Shown here one piece after another: positions 25,548 through 32,000 of a DNA stretch of 32,000 bases. A program made the position numbers and the translations under genes. The notes beneath the pieces are model-generated. The model was not told the DNA's origin. It saw only the letters and a program-made list of their open reading frames with translations, and did no database searches. Position 1 is the stretch's first letter. The number at the start of each line of letters is the position of its first letter. The stretch is taken from contig NZ_BOQE01000001.1 in assembly GCF_023705585.1 (NCBI RefSeq), forward strand, positions 2,418,710-2,450,709, read 5' to 3'. This stretch comes from Collibacillus ludicampi. GTDB lineage: Bacteria; Bacillota; Bacilli; Tumebacillales; BOQE01.

Positions 25548-26663
25548 ATGCTCGACTCCCGTGTGGAAAAATTAGCCGAATTATTAATCAACTACTCAGT
25601 GGAACTTAAACCTGGAGAAAATGTTTTAATCGAAGGGTTTGGCGTAGATCCCATGATCATCCGCGAATTGGTACGCAAAGCTCATCAGGCTGGAGGTCAT
25701 CCCTTCGTACATATCAGAGATCATTCCATTATCCGACAATTGTTGCTTGATGCCTCAGAGGAACAAATCGATCTCTGGGCGGCGCAAGATCGGGCGCTCA
25801 TGGAACGCATGCATGCATACATTGGAGTGCGCGGGGGCAGCAATGTCTCCGAGTTAAGCGATGTGCCGGCAGATAAAATGAAACTCTATATGGAACGTTA
25901 CAACCATGTGGTTCATAGTCAAGTCCGTGTAAAGAAAACCAAATGGGTTGTTTTGCGCTGGCCTAGCGGTTCGATGGCACAATTGGCGAATATGAGTACG
26001 GAAGCGTTTGAAGAATTTTATTTTCAGGTATGCACACTCGACTATAAGCGCATGTCGGAAGCGATGGATTCGTTACAAGATCTCATGAACAGGACGGATC
26101 GCGTGCGTATTGTAGGACCGGGAACAGACTTGACTTTCTCCATCAAAGGCATTGGAGCCGTCAAGTGTGATGGCCATCGTAACATTCCGGATGGTGAAGT
26201 GTACACGGCTCCCGTGAGGGATTCGGTCAATGGGGTCATTTCTTTCAATACGCCTTCTCCTTATCACGGGTTTACATTTGAAAATGTCCGCCTGGAGTTC
26301 GAAAACGGCAAGATTGTGAAAGCCAGTGCTAATGATACGAAACGGCTCGAAGACATTCTCAATACGGATGAAGGGGCTCGGTATATTGGCGAATTCTCCA
26401 TAGCTGTGAATCCGTTCATACGCAAGCCGATGAAAGATATACTCTTCGATGAAAAGATTGACGGATCCTTTCACTTCACTCCCGGACAATGTTATGACGA
26501 GGCGTATAACGGCAATCAATCCGCAATTCATTGGGACATGGTTTGCATCCAGCGGCCGGAATACGGGGGCGGAGAGATTTGGTTCGATGACCGCTTGATC
26601 CGCAAGGATGGACGCTTTGTCATCCCGGAACTCATGGCTTTGAACCCGGAAAATTTGAAGTGA
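25548..26663 (+). CDS. Aminopeptidase, peptidase family M29 (AmpS/PepS/aminopeptidase T-like)
   Basis: 371 aa. The N-terminus MLDSRVEKLAELLINYSVELKPGENVLIEG and later regions (…PDGEVYTAP…, …GEFSIAVNP…) are typical of M29 enzymes. AAAGGAG RBS. Confidence 0.85.
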   Translation: MLDSRVEKLAELLINYSVELKPGENVLIEGFGVDPMIIRELVRKAHQAGGHPFVHIRDHSIIRQLLLDASEEQIDLWAAQDRALMERMHAYIGVRGGSNVSELSDVPADKMKLYMERYNHVVHSQVRVKKTKWVVLRWPSGSMAQLANMSTEAFEEFYFQVCTLDYKRMSEAMDSLQDLMNRTDRVRIVGPGTDLTFSIKGIGAVKCDGHRNIPDGEVYTAPVRDSVNGVISFNTPSPYHGFTFENVRLEFENGKIVKASANDTKRLEDILNTDEGARYIGEFSIAVNPFIRKPMKDILFDEKIDGSFHFTPGQCYDEAYNGNQSAIHWDMVCIQRPEYGGGEIWFDDRLIRKDGRFVIPELMALNPENLK

Positions 26664-26709
26664 TTCACGAAAAAGTCCCGGTTGGATAACAATCGGGACA
26701 TCGTTCATT

Positions 26710-27612
26710 TTGAAAAAGGAGATTGATAAATTGATACAGGAACAAATCCGGAAGACACACAAAAAATTAGGGATCAAACAACTGTTAAAACGTCTGTTTT
26801 TCATTACCTTGGGAGCCGCATTCGTTTCAGTGGGATTGGAATTATTTCTTGTCCCAAATAAGATCATCGATGGCGGCATCGTCGGGATTTCGATCATATT
26901 CTCTTATCTCATAAATCTTCCTCTTGGAATTTTCACTTTTCTATTAAATTTGCCTTTTCTTTTTGTCGGTTACAGGCAGATTGGCAAAACGTTCGCGATA
27001 TCTACATTGGTCGCAGTAGGATTGATGTCGTTCGGGACTTCTTTGTTACATCCTATACCTGTTTTTACCAATGACTTGTTACTAGCTTCCGTTTTTGGAG
27101 GGATCATCCTCGGGATGGGCGTGGGTCTCATCATCCGCTACGGGGGATCTCTCGATGGTACAGAGATCGTGGCGATCCTGTTAAACAGGAAATTGCCCTT
27201 TTCCGTCGGAGAAATCGTCATGTTTTTCAATATTTTTATCCTGGCCAGTGCCGGTTTTGTTTTTGGCTGGGATAAGGCGATGTATTCCTTGATCGCTTAT
27301 TATGTAGCGTTCAAGATGATCGATCTGACGATTGAAGGATTTGAGGAGTCGAAAGCGGTTTGGATCATTTCCGACAATCCCAATGAGATTGCCGATGCGA
27401 TCCTTGCAAGATTGGGCAGGGGTGTCACTTATCTCTACGGGCAGGGGGCTTATACGGAAGAGGAAAAGAAAGTCATCTATTGTGTGGTCACCAGGCTGGA
27501 AACATCCAAATTGAAAAGTATCGTCGAGGAAATCGATCCCGGATCTTTTGTCAGTATCGGAAACATCCACGAGACGATGGGCGGGCGTTTCAAGAAACGT
27601 GCGATCCACTAG
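26710..27612 (+). CDS. YitT-family membrane protein (DUF161 repeats + C-terminal DUF2179 domain)
   Basis: LKRLFFITLGAAFVSVGLELFLVPNKIIDGGIVGISII, followed by further TM repeats and a soluble C-terminal domain. An alternative start, TTG 26731, has a better-spaced RBS (GGAG at 26717-26720). Confidence 0.8.
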   Translation: MKKEIDKLIQEQIRKTHKKLGIKQLLKRLFFITLGAAFVSVGLELFLVPNKIIDGGIVGISIIFSYLINLPLGIFTFLLNLPFLFVGYRQIGKTFAISTLVAVGLMSFGTSLLHPIPVFTNDLLLASVFGGIILGMGVGLIIRYGGSLDGTEIVAILLNRKLPFSVGEIVMFFNIFILASAGFVFGWDKAMYSLIAYYVAFKMIDLTIEGFEESKAVWIISDNPNEIADAILARLGRGVTYLYGQGAYTEEEKKVIYCVVTRLETSKLKSIVEEIDPGSFVSIGNIHETMGGRFKKRAIH

Positions 27613-27798
27613 GAAATTCTTCTCAGTTTTGTCAGGCGGGAGACAGACCCCACGAAGCCCAAGCGCAAAGAGGTAATTGTCAGATGTTTCCGCCAAACCA
27701 CAAGTTTTTCAGGAACGATGGGTATCTGTCCATTGCAGTCTCCATCCATGGGCATACGATATAGGGATACAAACCCATGGAAGGGAGTAAGAAAAGGT

Positions 27799-28503
27799 AT
27801 GGATAGGCGATGTAGAAAAAATTTCAATCACAAATTCGATGATAAGTACCCTGAACTTGCCTTAGGCGATCAGGGGAATGCCGTCATTCTCCTTCAATAT
27901 CTTATGCAACAGTTGGGTATATACCAAGGGCAGATAGACGGGATCTTTTCTAAAGAAGTATACGATGCGGTACGGCGGCTTCAGGAACGGTATCGATCAC
28001 CGGTAACGGGAACTGTCGATAAAGACGTTTGGCGATTGGTGCTTGAGATCGCTGTAGAAAGGGGATATTTGCTGACTGTGCCTGATCCCCAATGGGTAAA
28101 CCGTTTTCAAACTTCCTATATTCCCTTGTTGCCCAATCCGCCAGGTATCAGACGGGAAACAGAAAGCCCAGCGGGGATACAGAAACAATCCGTGTCTTTG
28201 AAGGAAAATCCGTTCTCTGATTTCCCCGGTCAATCGAAAACAATGCAGCCCTCTAGGGTATCGGAGGAACAATCGCTGATGGATCAGCAGCGAGTGAATC
28301 TCACATGGCCGTTTATTTTGGGACCTCATGTGGCTCCTTATCTTACCGCTCCGGCTATCGGGAAAGCTTTTCCCCGTTACTTTCCAATCAATCCTTACGT
28401 GCCGTGTTTTCAGCACTATATATGGCAAACGATTCATCCCTTAGGAAAGTATTTCGTTCCGCAACCGCCATTCTATCCACACGATTGCGAATGGGATCGA
28501 TAA
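27799..28503 (+). CDS. Peptidoglycan-binding-domain (PG_binding_1) protein with Pro/Tyr-rich C-terminal region
   Basis: LALGDQGNAVILLQYLMQQLGIYQGQIDGIFSKEVYDAVRRLQERYRSPVTGTVDKDVWRLV matches the PGBD-like repeat. No catalytic domain is recognisable. Start ATG 27799 is inferred from GGGAG 11 nt upstream. Confidence 0.6.
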   Translation: MDRRCRKNFNHKFDDKYPELALGDQGNAVILLQYLMQQLGIYQGQIDGIFSKEVYDAVRRLQERYRSPVTGTVDKDVWRLVLEIAVERGYLLTVPDPQWVNRFQTSYIPLLPNPPGIRRETESPAGIQKQSVSLKENPFSDFPGQSKTMQPSRVSEEQSLMDQQRVNLTWPFILGPHVAPYLTAPAIGKAFPRYFPINPYVPCFQHYIWQTIHPLGKYFVPQPPFYPHDCEWDR

Positions 28504-28516
28504 GAACCGTATGATC

Positions 28517-28539
28517 ACCCGTCGTTCGACGGGTTTTTT
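28517..28539 (+). terminator. Intrinsic terminator (ACCCGTC-gttc-GACGGGT + TTTTTT)
   Basis: GC-rich hairpin followed by a T6 run, immediately after the stop at 28503. Confidence 0.8.
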
Positions 28540-28542
28540 CTG

Positions 28543-28551
28543 TGGTATAAT
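28543..28551 (+). promoter_or_regulatory. Extended -10 element TGgTATAAT upstream of mutY
   Basis: TG at 28543-28544 and TATAAT at 28546-28551, 30 nt upstream of the mutY ATG. The -35 is weak (TTCGAC with a 15-nt spacer). Confidence 0.4.
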
Positions 28552-28580
28552 ATTTTGGGAAAGGAGTCATCATCTTTTTT

Positions 28581-29687
28581 ATGAAAAAAAGGTTGGCGGC
28601 AAACACTAAGATAGCAGATGTGTCATATCAAGAAGCCGCCCTGATCGGGCAACGATTGCTTACATGGTATGAAGAGAAAAAACGGGATCTCCCATGGAGG
28701 CGCACGCGGGATCCCTATAAAATTTGGGTGTCCGAGGTGATGTTGCAACAAACGCGTGTGGAAACAGTCATTCCCTATTGGGAACGTTTTATCGATAAGT
28801 TTCCCACGATACAAGCATTAGCTCATGCACCAGAGGAAGAAGTGCTCAAAGCCTGGGAGGGGCTTGGTTACTACTCGCGAGCACGGAATTTGCAAGCAGC
28901 TGTACGAGAAGTGGAAGAGAGATATGGAGGCCAAGTCCCTGATACGCTTGAAGAAATCTCCTCTTTGCCGGGAGTAGGTTCTTATACGGCAGGTGCCGTT
29001 CTCTCAATCGCCTATGATGTGGATGTGCCTGCTGTGGATGGAAACGTGTTACGCGTTCTCGCACGCCTCTTTCTCATCGAGCAAGATATCATGAAACAGC
29101 GCGTGCGCAAACGTTTTGAAGAACTGGCCGAATTTCTGATTCCTCCCGGAAGAGCGGCTTCGTTCAATCAGGCATTGATGGAGTTGGGAGCGACTGTATG
29201 CATTCCCAAGGTACCTCGTTGTCCGCAATGTCCGTTGCAATCGTTATGCAGAGCGTATGCGGAAGGGATGCAAGAAGAGCTTCCCGTGAAAGGCAAGAAA
29301 AAACCGCCTCGCCCCGTCGATCTGGTTACAGGGATTGTACGATCGGGAGATCGAGTGCTGATCGTGAAACGACCCCTGCAAGGATTGTTAGCTGGCATGT
29401 GGGAGTTTCCCAGTTTGGAAATAAATGAGCGGGTGACGATCGAGGAGAACCTCCAGTCGCTCTTCGATCGATTGGGCCAAAGGATCGAGGTAGAAACGTT
29501 TTTTGCCAAAGTGGAACATACATTCAGTCATATCCATTGGAATTTACATGCCTATTTGTGCAAACCAATCCTGCCGCTTGTTCCGGAAACGGAAGAGATG
29601 CGATGGGTCAACGTCTACGAGTTGCATCAGTATGCATTCCCTGTTGCACATACCAAACTCATCCAAGCTCTCAATGGAATGGTTTAA
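28581..29687 (+). CDS. mutY: A/G-specific adenine DNA glycosylase
   Basis: 368 aa with the HhH-GPD region (YKIWVSEVMLQQTRVETVIPYWERF…LPGVGSYTAGAVLSIAY), the 4Fe-4S loop C-x6-C-x2-C-x5-C (CIPKVPRCPQCPLQSLC) and a NUDIX-like C-terminal domain. Confidence 0.93.
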   Translation: MKKRLAANTKIADVSYQEAALIGQRLLTWYEEKKRDLPWRRTRDPYKIWVSEVMLQQTRVETVIPYWERFIDKFPTIQALAHAPEEEVLKAWEGLGYYSRARNLQAAVREVEERYGGQVPDTLEEISSLPGVGSYTAGAVLSIAYDVDVPAVDGNVLRVLARLFLIEQDIMKQRVRKRFEELAEFLIPPGRAASFNQALMELGATVCIPKVPRCPQCPLQSLCRAYAEGMQEELPVKGKKKPPRPVDLVTGIVRSGDRVLIVKRPLQGLLAGMWEFPSLEINERVTIEENLQSLFDRLGQRIEVETFFAKVEHTFSHIHWNLHAYLCKPILPLVPETEEMRWVNVYELHQYAFPVAHTKLIQALNGMV

Positions 29688-29707
29688 AGACTTAAGGAGA
29701 TAGGAAT

Positions 29708-30028
29708 GTGATAACGATGACCACCATTCGTGGATTCTTCGAATATCGCGTGGATCCGGCAAAGCGGGAAGATTATTTGAAACTGGTTCCCAAGATTCGG
29801 TCTATACAAACGAAATACGGACTGACAGCATATGAAATCATCGAAAGTGTTCAAAGAGAAAATCAATTTGTCGAGACATTCCGTGTGGAATCGATGGAAG
29901 CGTATCGGAGGATCGAGGAGAAACAAGAACTTGATCCGGAATATCTCGCCTGTCAGCAAGAACGAGATGCCTGTATTCTTGGCGGAAGAGGTACAATGAA
30001 AGTATGGTTCTTCCGTGACATTGTTTAG
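29708..30028 (+). CDS. Small conserved-looking protein of unknown function (106 aa)
   Basis: GTG 29708 lies 8 nt after AAGGAG (29694-29699) and 20 nt downstream of mutY. I recognise no motif with confidence; it may have an alpha+beta ferredoxin-like fold. Confidence 0.5.
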   Translation: MITMTTIRGFFEYRVDPAKREDYLKLVPKIRSIQTKYGLTAYEIIESVQRENQFVETFRVESMEAYRRIEEKQELDPEYLACQQERDACILGGRGTMKVWFFRDIV

Positions 30029-30065
30029 TATGAAAACCCTGTCAGTCGAAAAAGGAGAGAAGATA

Positions 30066-30359
30066 ATGATTCAGATCTCTGATCGTGCCGCGGAAGTGAT
30101 CAAAGAGATTCGCGCGGAACAAGGTGATGAACACCTAGATGTGCGCATTTCGGTCGTACCTGGTTGAGGGGGCGTAAGATGCCGTTTGACTCTGGATGAG
30201 TCAACTGAAAACGATCAAATTATGGAACAAAAAGGGATTACTTTCTTGCTTGATTCATTCGCTGTCGCCTATATCGAAAATGGCTTGACCATCGATTATG
30301 ACGAATACGAAGATAACTTCATTGTACAAATCAAAGGAATTAAGGATTCCTGTTGTTAA
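30066..30359 (+). CDS. HesB/IscA-like protein with in-frame TGA (30165-30167) at the conserved Cys position: candidate selenoprotein (or recent pseudogene)
   Basis: This ORF is not in the ORF track. GGAG (30054-30057) lies 8 nt before ATG 30066. Translation: MIQISDRAAEVIKEIRAEQGDEHLDVRISVVPG[TGA]GGVRCRLTLDESTENDQIMEQKGITFLLDSFAVAYIENGLTIDYDEYEDNFIVQIKGIKDSCC*. The pattern matches the HesB/IscA layout (…LR+.V..GGCSG…, C-terminal Cys pair). The frame stays open and family-like after the TGA. Confidence 0.55.
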
Positions 30360-30370
30360 CATGGTGAACG

Positions 30371-30411
30371 ATTCTATCCGTGGATAAAGCGGCGTATACT
30401 GCGGATAGAAT
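30371..30411 (+). terminator. Hairpin after the HesB-like ORF (ATTCTATCCG … CGGATAGAAT)
   Basis: Perfect 10-bp inverted repeat with a 21-nt loop, followed only by GTTGTT. It is atypical for a terminator. Confidence 0.3.
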
Positions 30412-30539
30412 GTTGTTCGAAAAGGGGGACAAACAGGGGCGGGCAGTTCGGGGATTTTTACAGATATAAACAAGCTAGGGATCGCTTTGCAAATTGAATG
30501 ATAAGTGAAAACCACCAAATTTATTGGGAAAGGCGGGGT

Positions 30540-31190
30540 ATGCATATGTATCCGTCAGGTTATTCAAGTGGACGACTCGTTTCGCAGCGTATAATGCCTA
30601 CCTTGTTTATTAGTTTGTTGATTGCCGGGGTTGGTGTCTATATCGGTCAATATGTACCACGGGCTTTGTTCTTACCTCTTTCCATCGTGGAGCTCATCAT
30701 GATCATTGCGGCCGTTTTTATTCGAAAGAGCCGTGCAGTTGGTTATGGATTTCTTTACAGCTTTACGTTCATTTCCGGTTTAACGATCTTCCCGGCAATC
30801 GCACATTATATCATTCAAATCGGCTTAGATAATGTACTCAAAGCATTCGGCGTCACCGTATTTGCGTTTGGTGTCGCTTCCTTCTACGCGTCGCGCACGA
30901 GGGCAAACTTTAATTTTCTCTCGGGTTTTCTGTTTATTGGCCTTTTGGCATTGCTTGGAATGGGGATTGTGAATATCTTCTGGCCATTTTCTCGTACCGT
31001 CGAGATGGTTTATAGCTTGCTTGGGATCTTCATCTTTATCGGCTACACACTGTTTGACATATCCCGGATAACAAATTATGGCGTGGCTGAGGAAGATGTT
31101 CCTTTCGTCGTTCTCTCCCTTTATCTTGATTTTGTAAACCTCTTCCTGTTCGTCCTGCGTTTAATGGGAGTCAATGTAAGACGTGACTGA
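30540..31190 (+). CDS. Bax inhibitor-1/YccA family membrane protein (YetJ-like)
   Basis: About 216 aa with 7 predicted TM helices. The C-terminal …VVLSLYLDFVNLFLFVLRLMG is typical of the BI-1 family. I prefer ATG 30540, after AAAGGCGGGG. Confidence 0.8.
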   Translation: MHMYPSGYSSGRLVSQRIMPTLFISLLIAGVGVYIGQYVPRALFLPLSIVELIMIIAAVFIRKSRAVGYGFLYSFTFISGLTIFPAIAHYIIQIGLDNVLKAFGVTVFAFGVASFYASRTRANFNFLSGFLFIGLLALLGMGIVNIFWPFSRTVEMVYSLLGIFIFIGYTLFDISRITNYGVAEEDVPFVVLSLYLDFVNLFLFVLRLMGVNVRRD

Positions 31191-31201
31191 TCGAACGTCA
31201 G

Positions 31202-31234
31202 ACCTTCTTGGAGCGCCCAAGAAGGTTCTTTCAT
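31202..31234 (+). terminator. Intrinsic terminator (ACCTTCTTGG-agcgc-CCAAGAAGGT + TCTTTC)
   Basis: Perfect 10-bp stem at 31202-31211 and 31217-31226, followed by a T-rich tail. Confidence 0.7.
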
Positions 31235-31294
31235 GCAGACTACCGCAGCAAAATTCTGACCTTTCAATTTCATAACTGATGAAAAGTTCCTTGG

Positions 31295-31409
31295 TTGTGG
31301 ATACCACTTTGCAGCGAGGAAGCGAGCTTGAAAGTCGTCTCGCAAAACCTGCAATTTTTAAAAAGCGAGACGACTTTCACCGAGCCCGATCGCAAAGTGG
31401 TATCCACAA
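31295..31409. repeat. Nested palindromic element B (18-bp outer + 15-bp inner perfect inverted repeats)
   Basis: The outer arms are TTGTGGATACCACTTTGC (31295-31312) and GCAAAGTGGTATCCACAA (31392-31409). The inner arms are TGAAAGTCGTCTCGC (31329-31343) and GCGAGACGACTTTCA (31365-31379). It is intergenic, ending 38 nt upstream of the next gene's start codon. Confidence 0.7.
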
Positions 31410-31446
31410 ATAATCTACAAGTTTTTTAAAGTAGGTCGAATAAAAA

Positions 31447-32000
31447 ATGAGGGGTAAACATTCACGAAAAATTTATCAACAAGTAGCGAAAGAAATCATT
31501 CATATGATCGAAACTGGGCGGCTGAATCCCGGAGACAAGCTCCCTCCGCTGGTTGAACTTGCGAAAATGTTTGGAGTCAGTCGCGCGACGGTACGGGAGG
31601 CGTTCTCCACTCTTCAAGGGATGGGGCTTATCGCTTTGCGCCACGGTGAAGGCACATTCGTGCAAAAGATTGAATTGCAAACCATGATCCAACAGCCTAT
31701 GAACGCTGCTTTGTTGCTCGGACTCAATGAATTGACCAGTCTACATGAAGTGAGGGAACTTTTGGAGACGGGCGCTTGTAGAATGGCGGCCGCTCGCGCC
31801 ACCCATGAAGACATACTCGCCATTGAAGAGGCGCTTCAAGCGTTCGCGTCAGTCGATGAAGATGAAGAAACTTTGGTACAGGCTGACCTTTCTTTTCACC
31901 TGGCAGTCGCGCAGGGAACGAAAAACCTTGTCTTAATCAACCTGATGCAAGTCATGGCGGAAGCATTGAAAAGTATCGTTCGCATGCAATTGGCGCTTGT
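31447..32000 (+). CDS. GntR-family regulator, FadR subfamily, 3'-truncated by window edge
   Basis: The frame is open from ATG 31447 to the window end, so it is absent from the ORF track. Translation: MRGKHSRKIYQQVAKEIIHMIETGRLNPGDKLPPLVELAKMFGVSRATVREAFSTLQGMGLIALRHGEGTFV…, followed by a helical FCD-type domain (…LRELLETGACRMAAARATHEDILAIEEAL…). The RBS is weak. Confidence 0.8.
   Translation, partial: MRGKHSRKIYQQVAKEIIHMIETGRLNPGDKLPPLVELAKMFGVSRATVREAFSTLQGMGLIALRHGEGTFVQKIELQTMIQQPMNAALLLGLNELTSLHEVRELLETGACRMAAARATHEDILAIEEALQAFASVDEDEETLVQADLSFHLAVAQGTKNLVLINLMQVMAEALKSIVRMQLAL

Noticed and set aside
26073-26897. Long (274 aa) minus-strand ORF
   Set aside because: It lies entirely antisense to the well-supported M29 aminopeptidase and YitT genes and runs across their intergenic region. 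The translation is low-complexity with no motif, which is typical of a shadow ORF.
30255-30545. 96-aa minus-strand ORF from the ORF track
   Set aside because: It lies antisense to the C-terminal half of the HesB-like ORF and its downstream hairpin. It has no RBS and no recognisable motif, and the plus-strand reading has clear family resemblance.
31279-31413. 44-aa ORF (MKSSLVVDTTLQRGSELESRLAKPAIFKKRDDFHRARSQSGIHK) that exactly spans palindromic element B
   Set aside because: It has no Shine-Dalgarno sequence. An open frame across a palindrome easily arises by chance, and the peptide has no recognisable features.

Overview
The window looks like a chromosomal segment of an aerobic, probably spore-forming member of the Bacillales. 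Supporting signs are strong GGAGG-type ribosome-binding sites, a yhaO/yhaN pair, a YitT-family protein, LiaG-like DUF4097 and DUF2653-like proteins, Mn-SOD and MutY. I saw no tRNA, rRNA, CRISPR array or transposase gene.

Gene content in order:
- A 5'-truncated YtrA-like GntR regulator with an ABC exporter. The ATPase gene carries an in-frame TAA.
- A homoprotocatechuate (4-hydroxyphenylacetate) meta-cleavage cluster: two FAH-family genes, hpaF, a 630-bp ORF-free spacer, then hpaE, hpaB and an extradiol dioxygenase. A convergent FadR-type GntR regulator follows.
- An SbcD/SbcC-like yhaO/yhaN pair.
- A class A penicillin-binding protein.
- A succinyl-CoA:acetate-type CoA-transferase with an upstream LytTR-domain regulator.
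- sodA.
- A small two-gene operon (secreted Ser-rich protein plus DUF2653-like protein).
- A class I fumarate hydratase.
- A DUF4097 membrane protein, a small membrane protein, MarR, an M29 aminopeptidase, a YitT-family protein and a PG-binding-domain protein.
- mutY, a small unknown protein, a Bax-inhibitor-1 family protein and a 3'-truncated FadR-type GntR regulator.

Most notable observations:
1. An unlisted 97-codon HesB/IscA-like ORF (30066-30359) has an in-frame TGA exactly where the conserved Cys sits, with a hairpin about 20 nt downstream. It is either a candidate selenoprotein or a fresh pseudogene.
2. A roughly 30-bp promoter/operator module is repeated around the hpa cluster, and it implies a leaderless, autoregulated GntR regulator.
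3. Two related nested-palindrome elements share the core TGGATACCAC in otherwise unrelated intergenic regions.
4. The hpa cluster appears compositionally mosaic across the ORF-free spacer.

I found no convincing novel multi-gene system such as a defence island.
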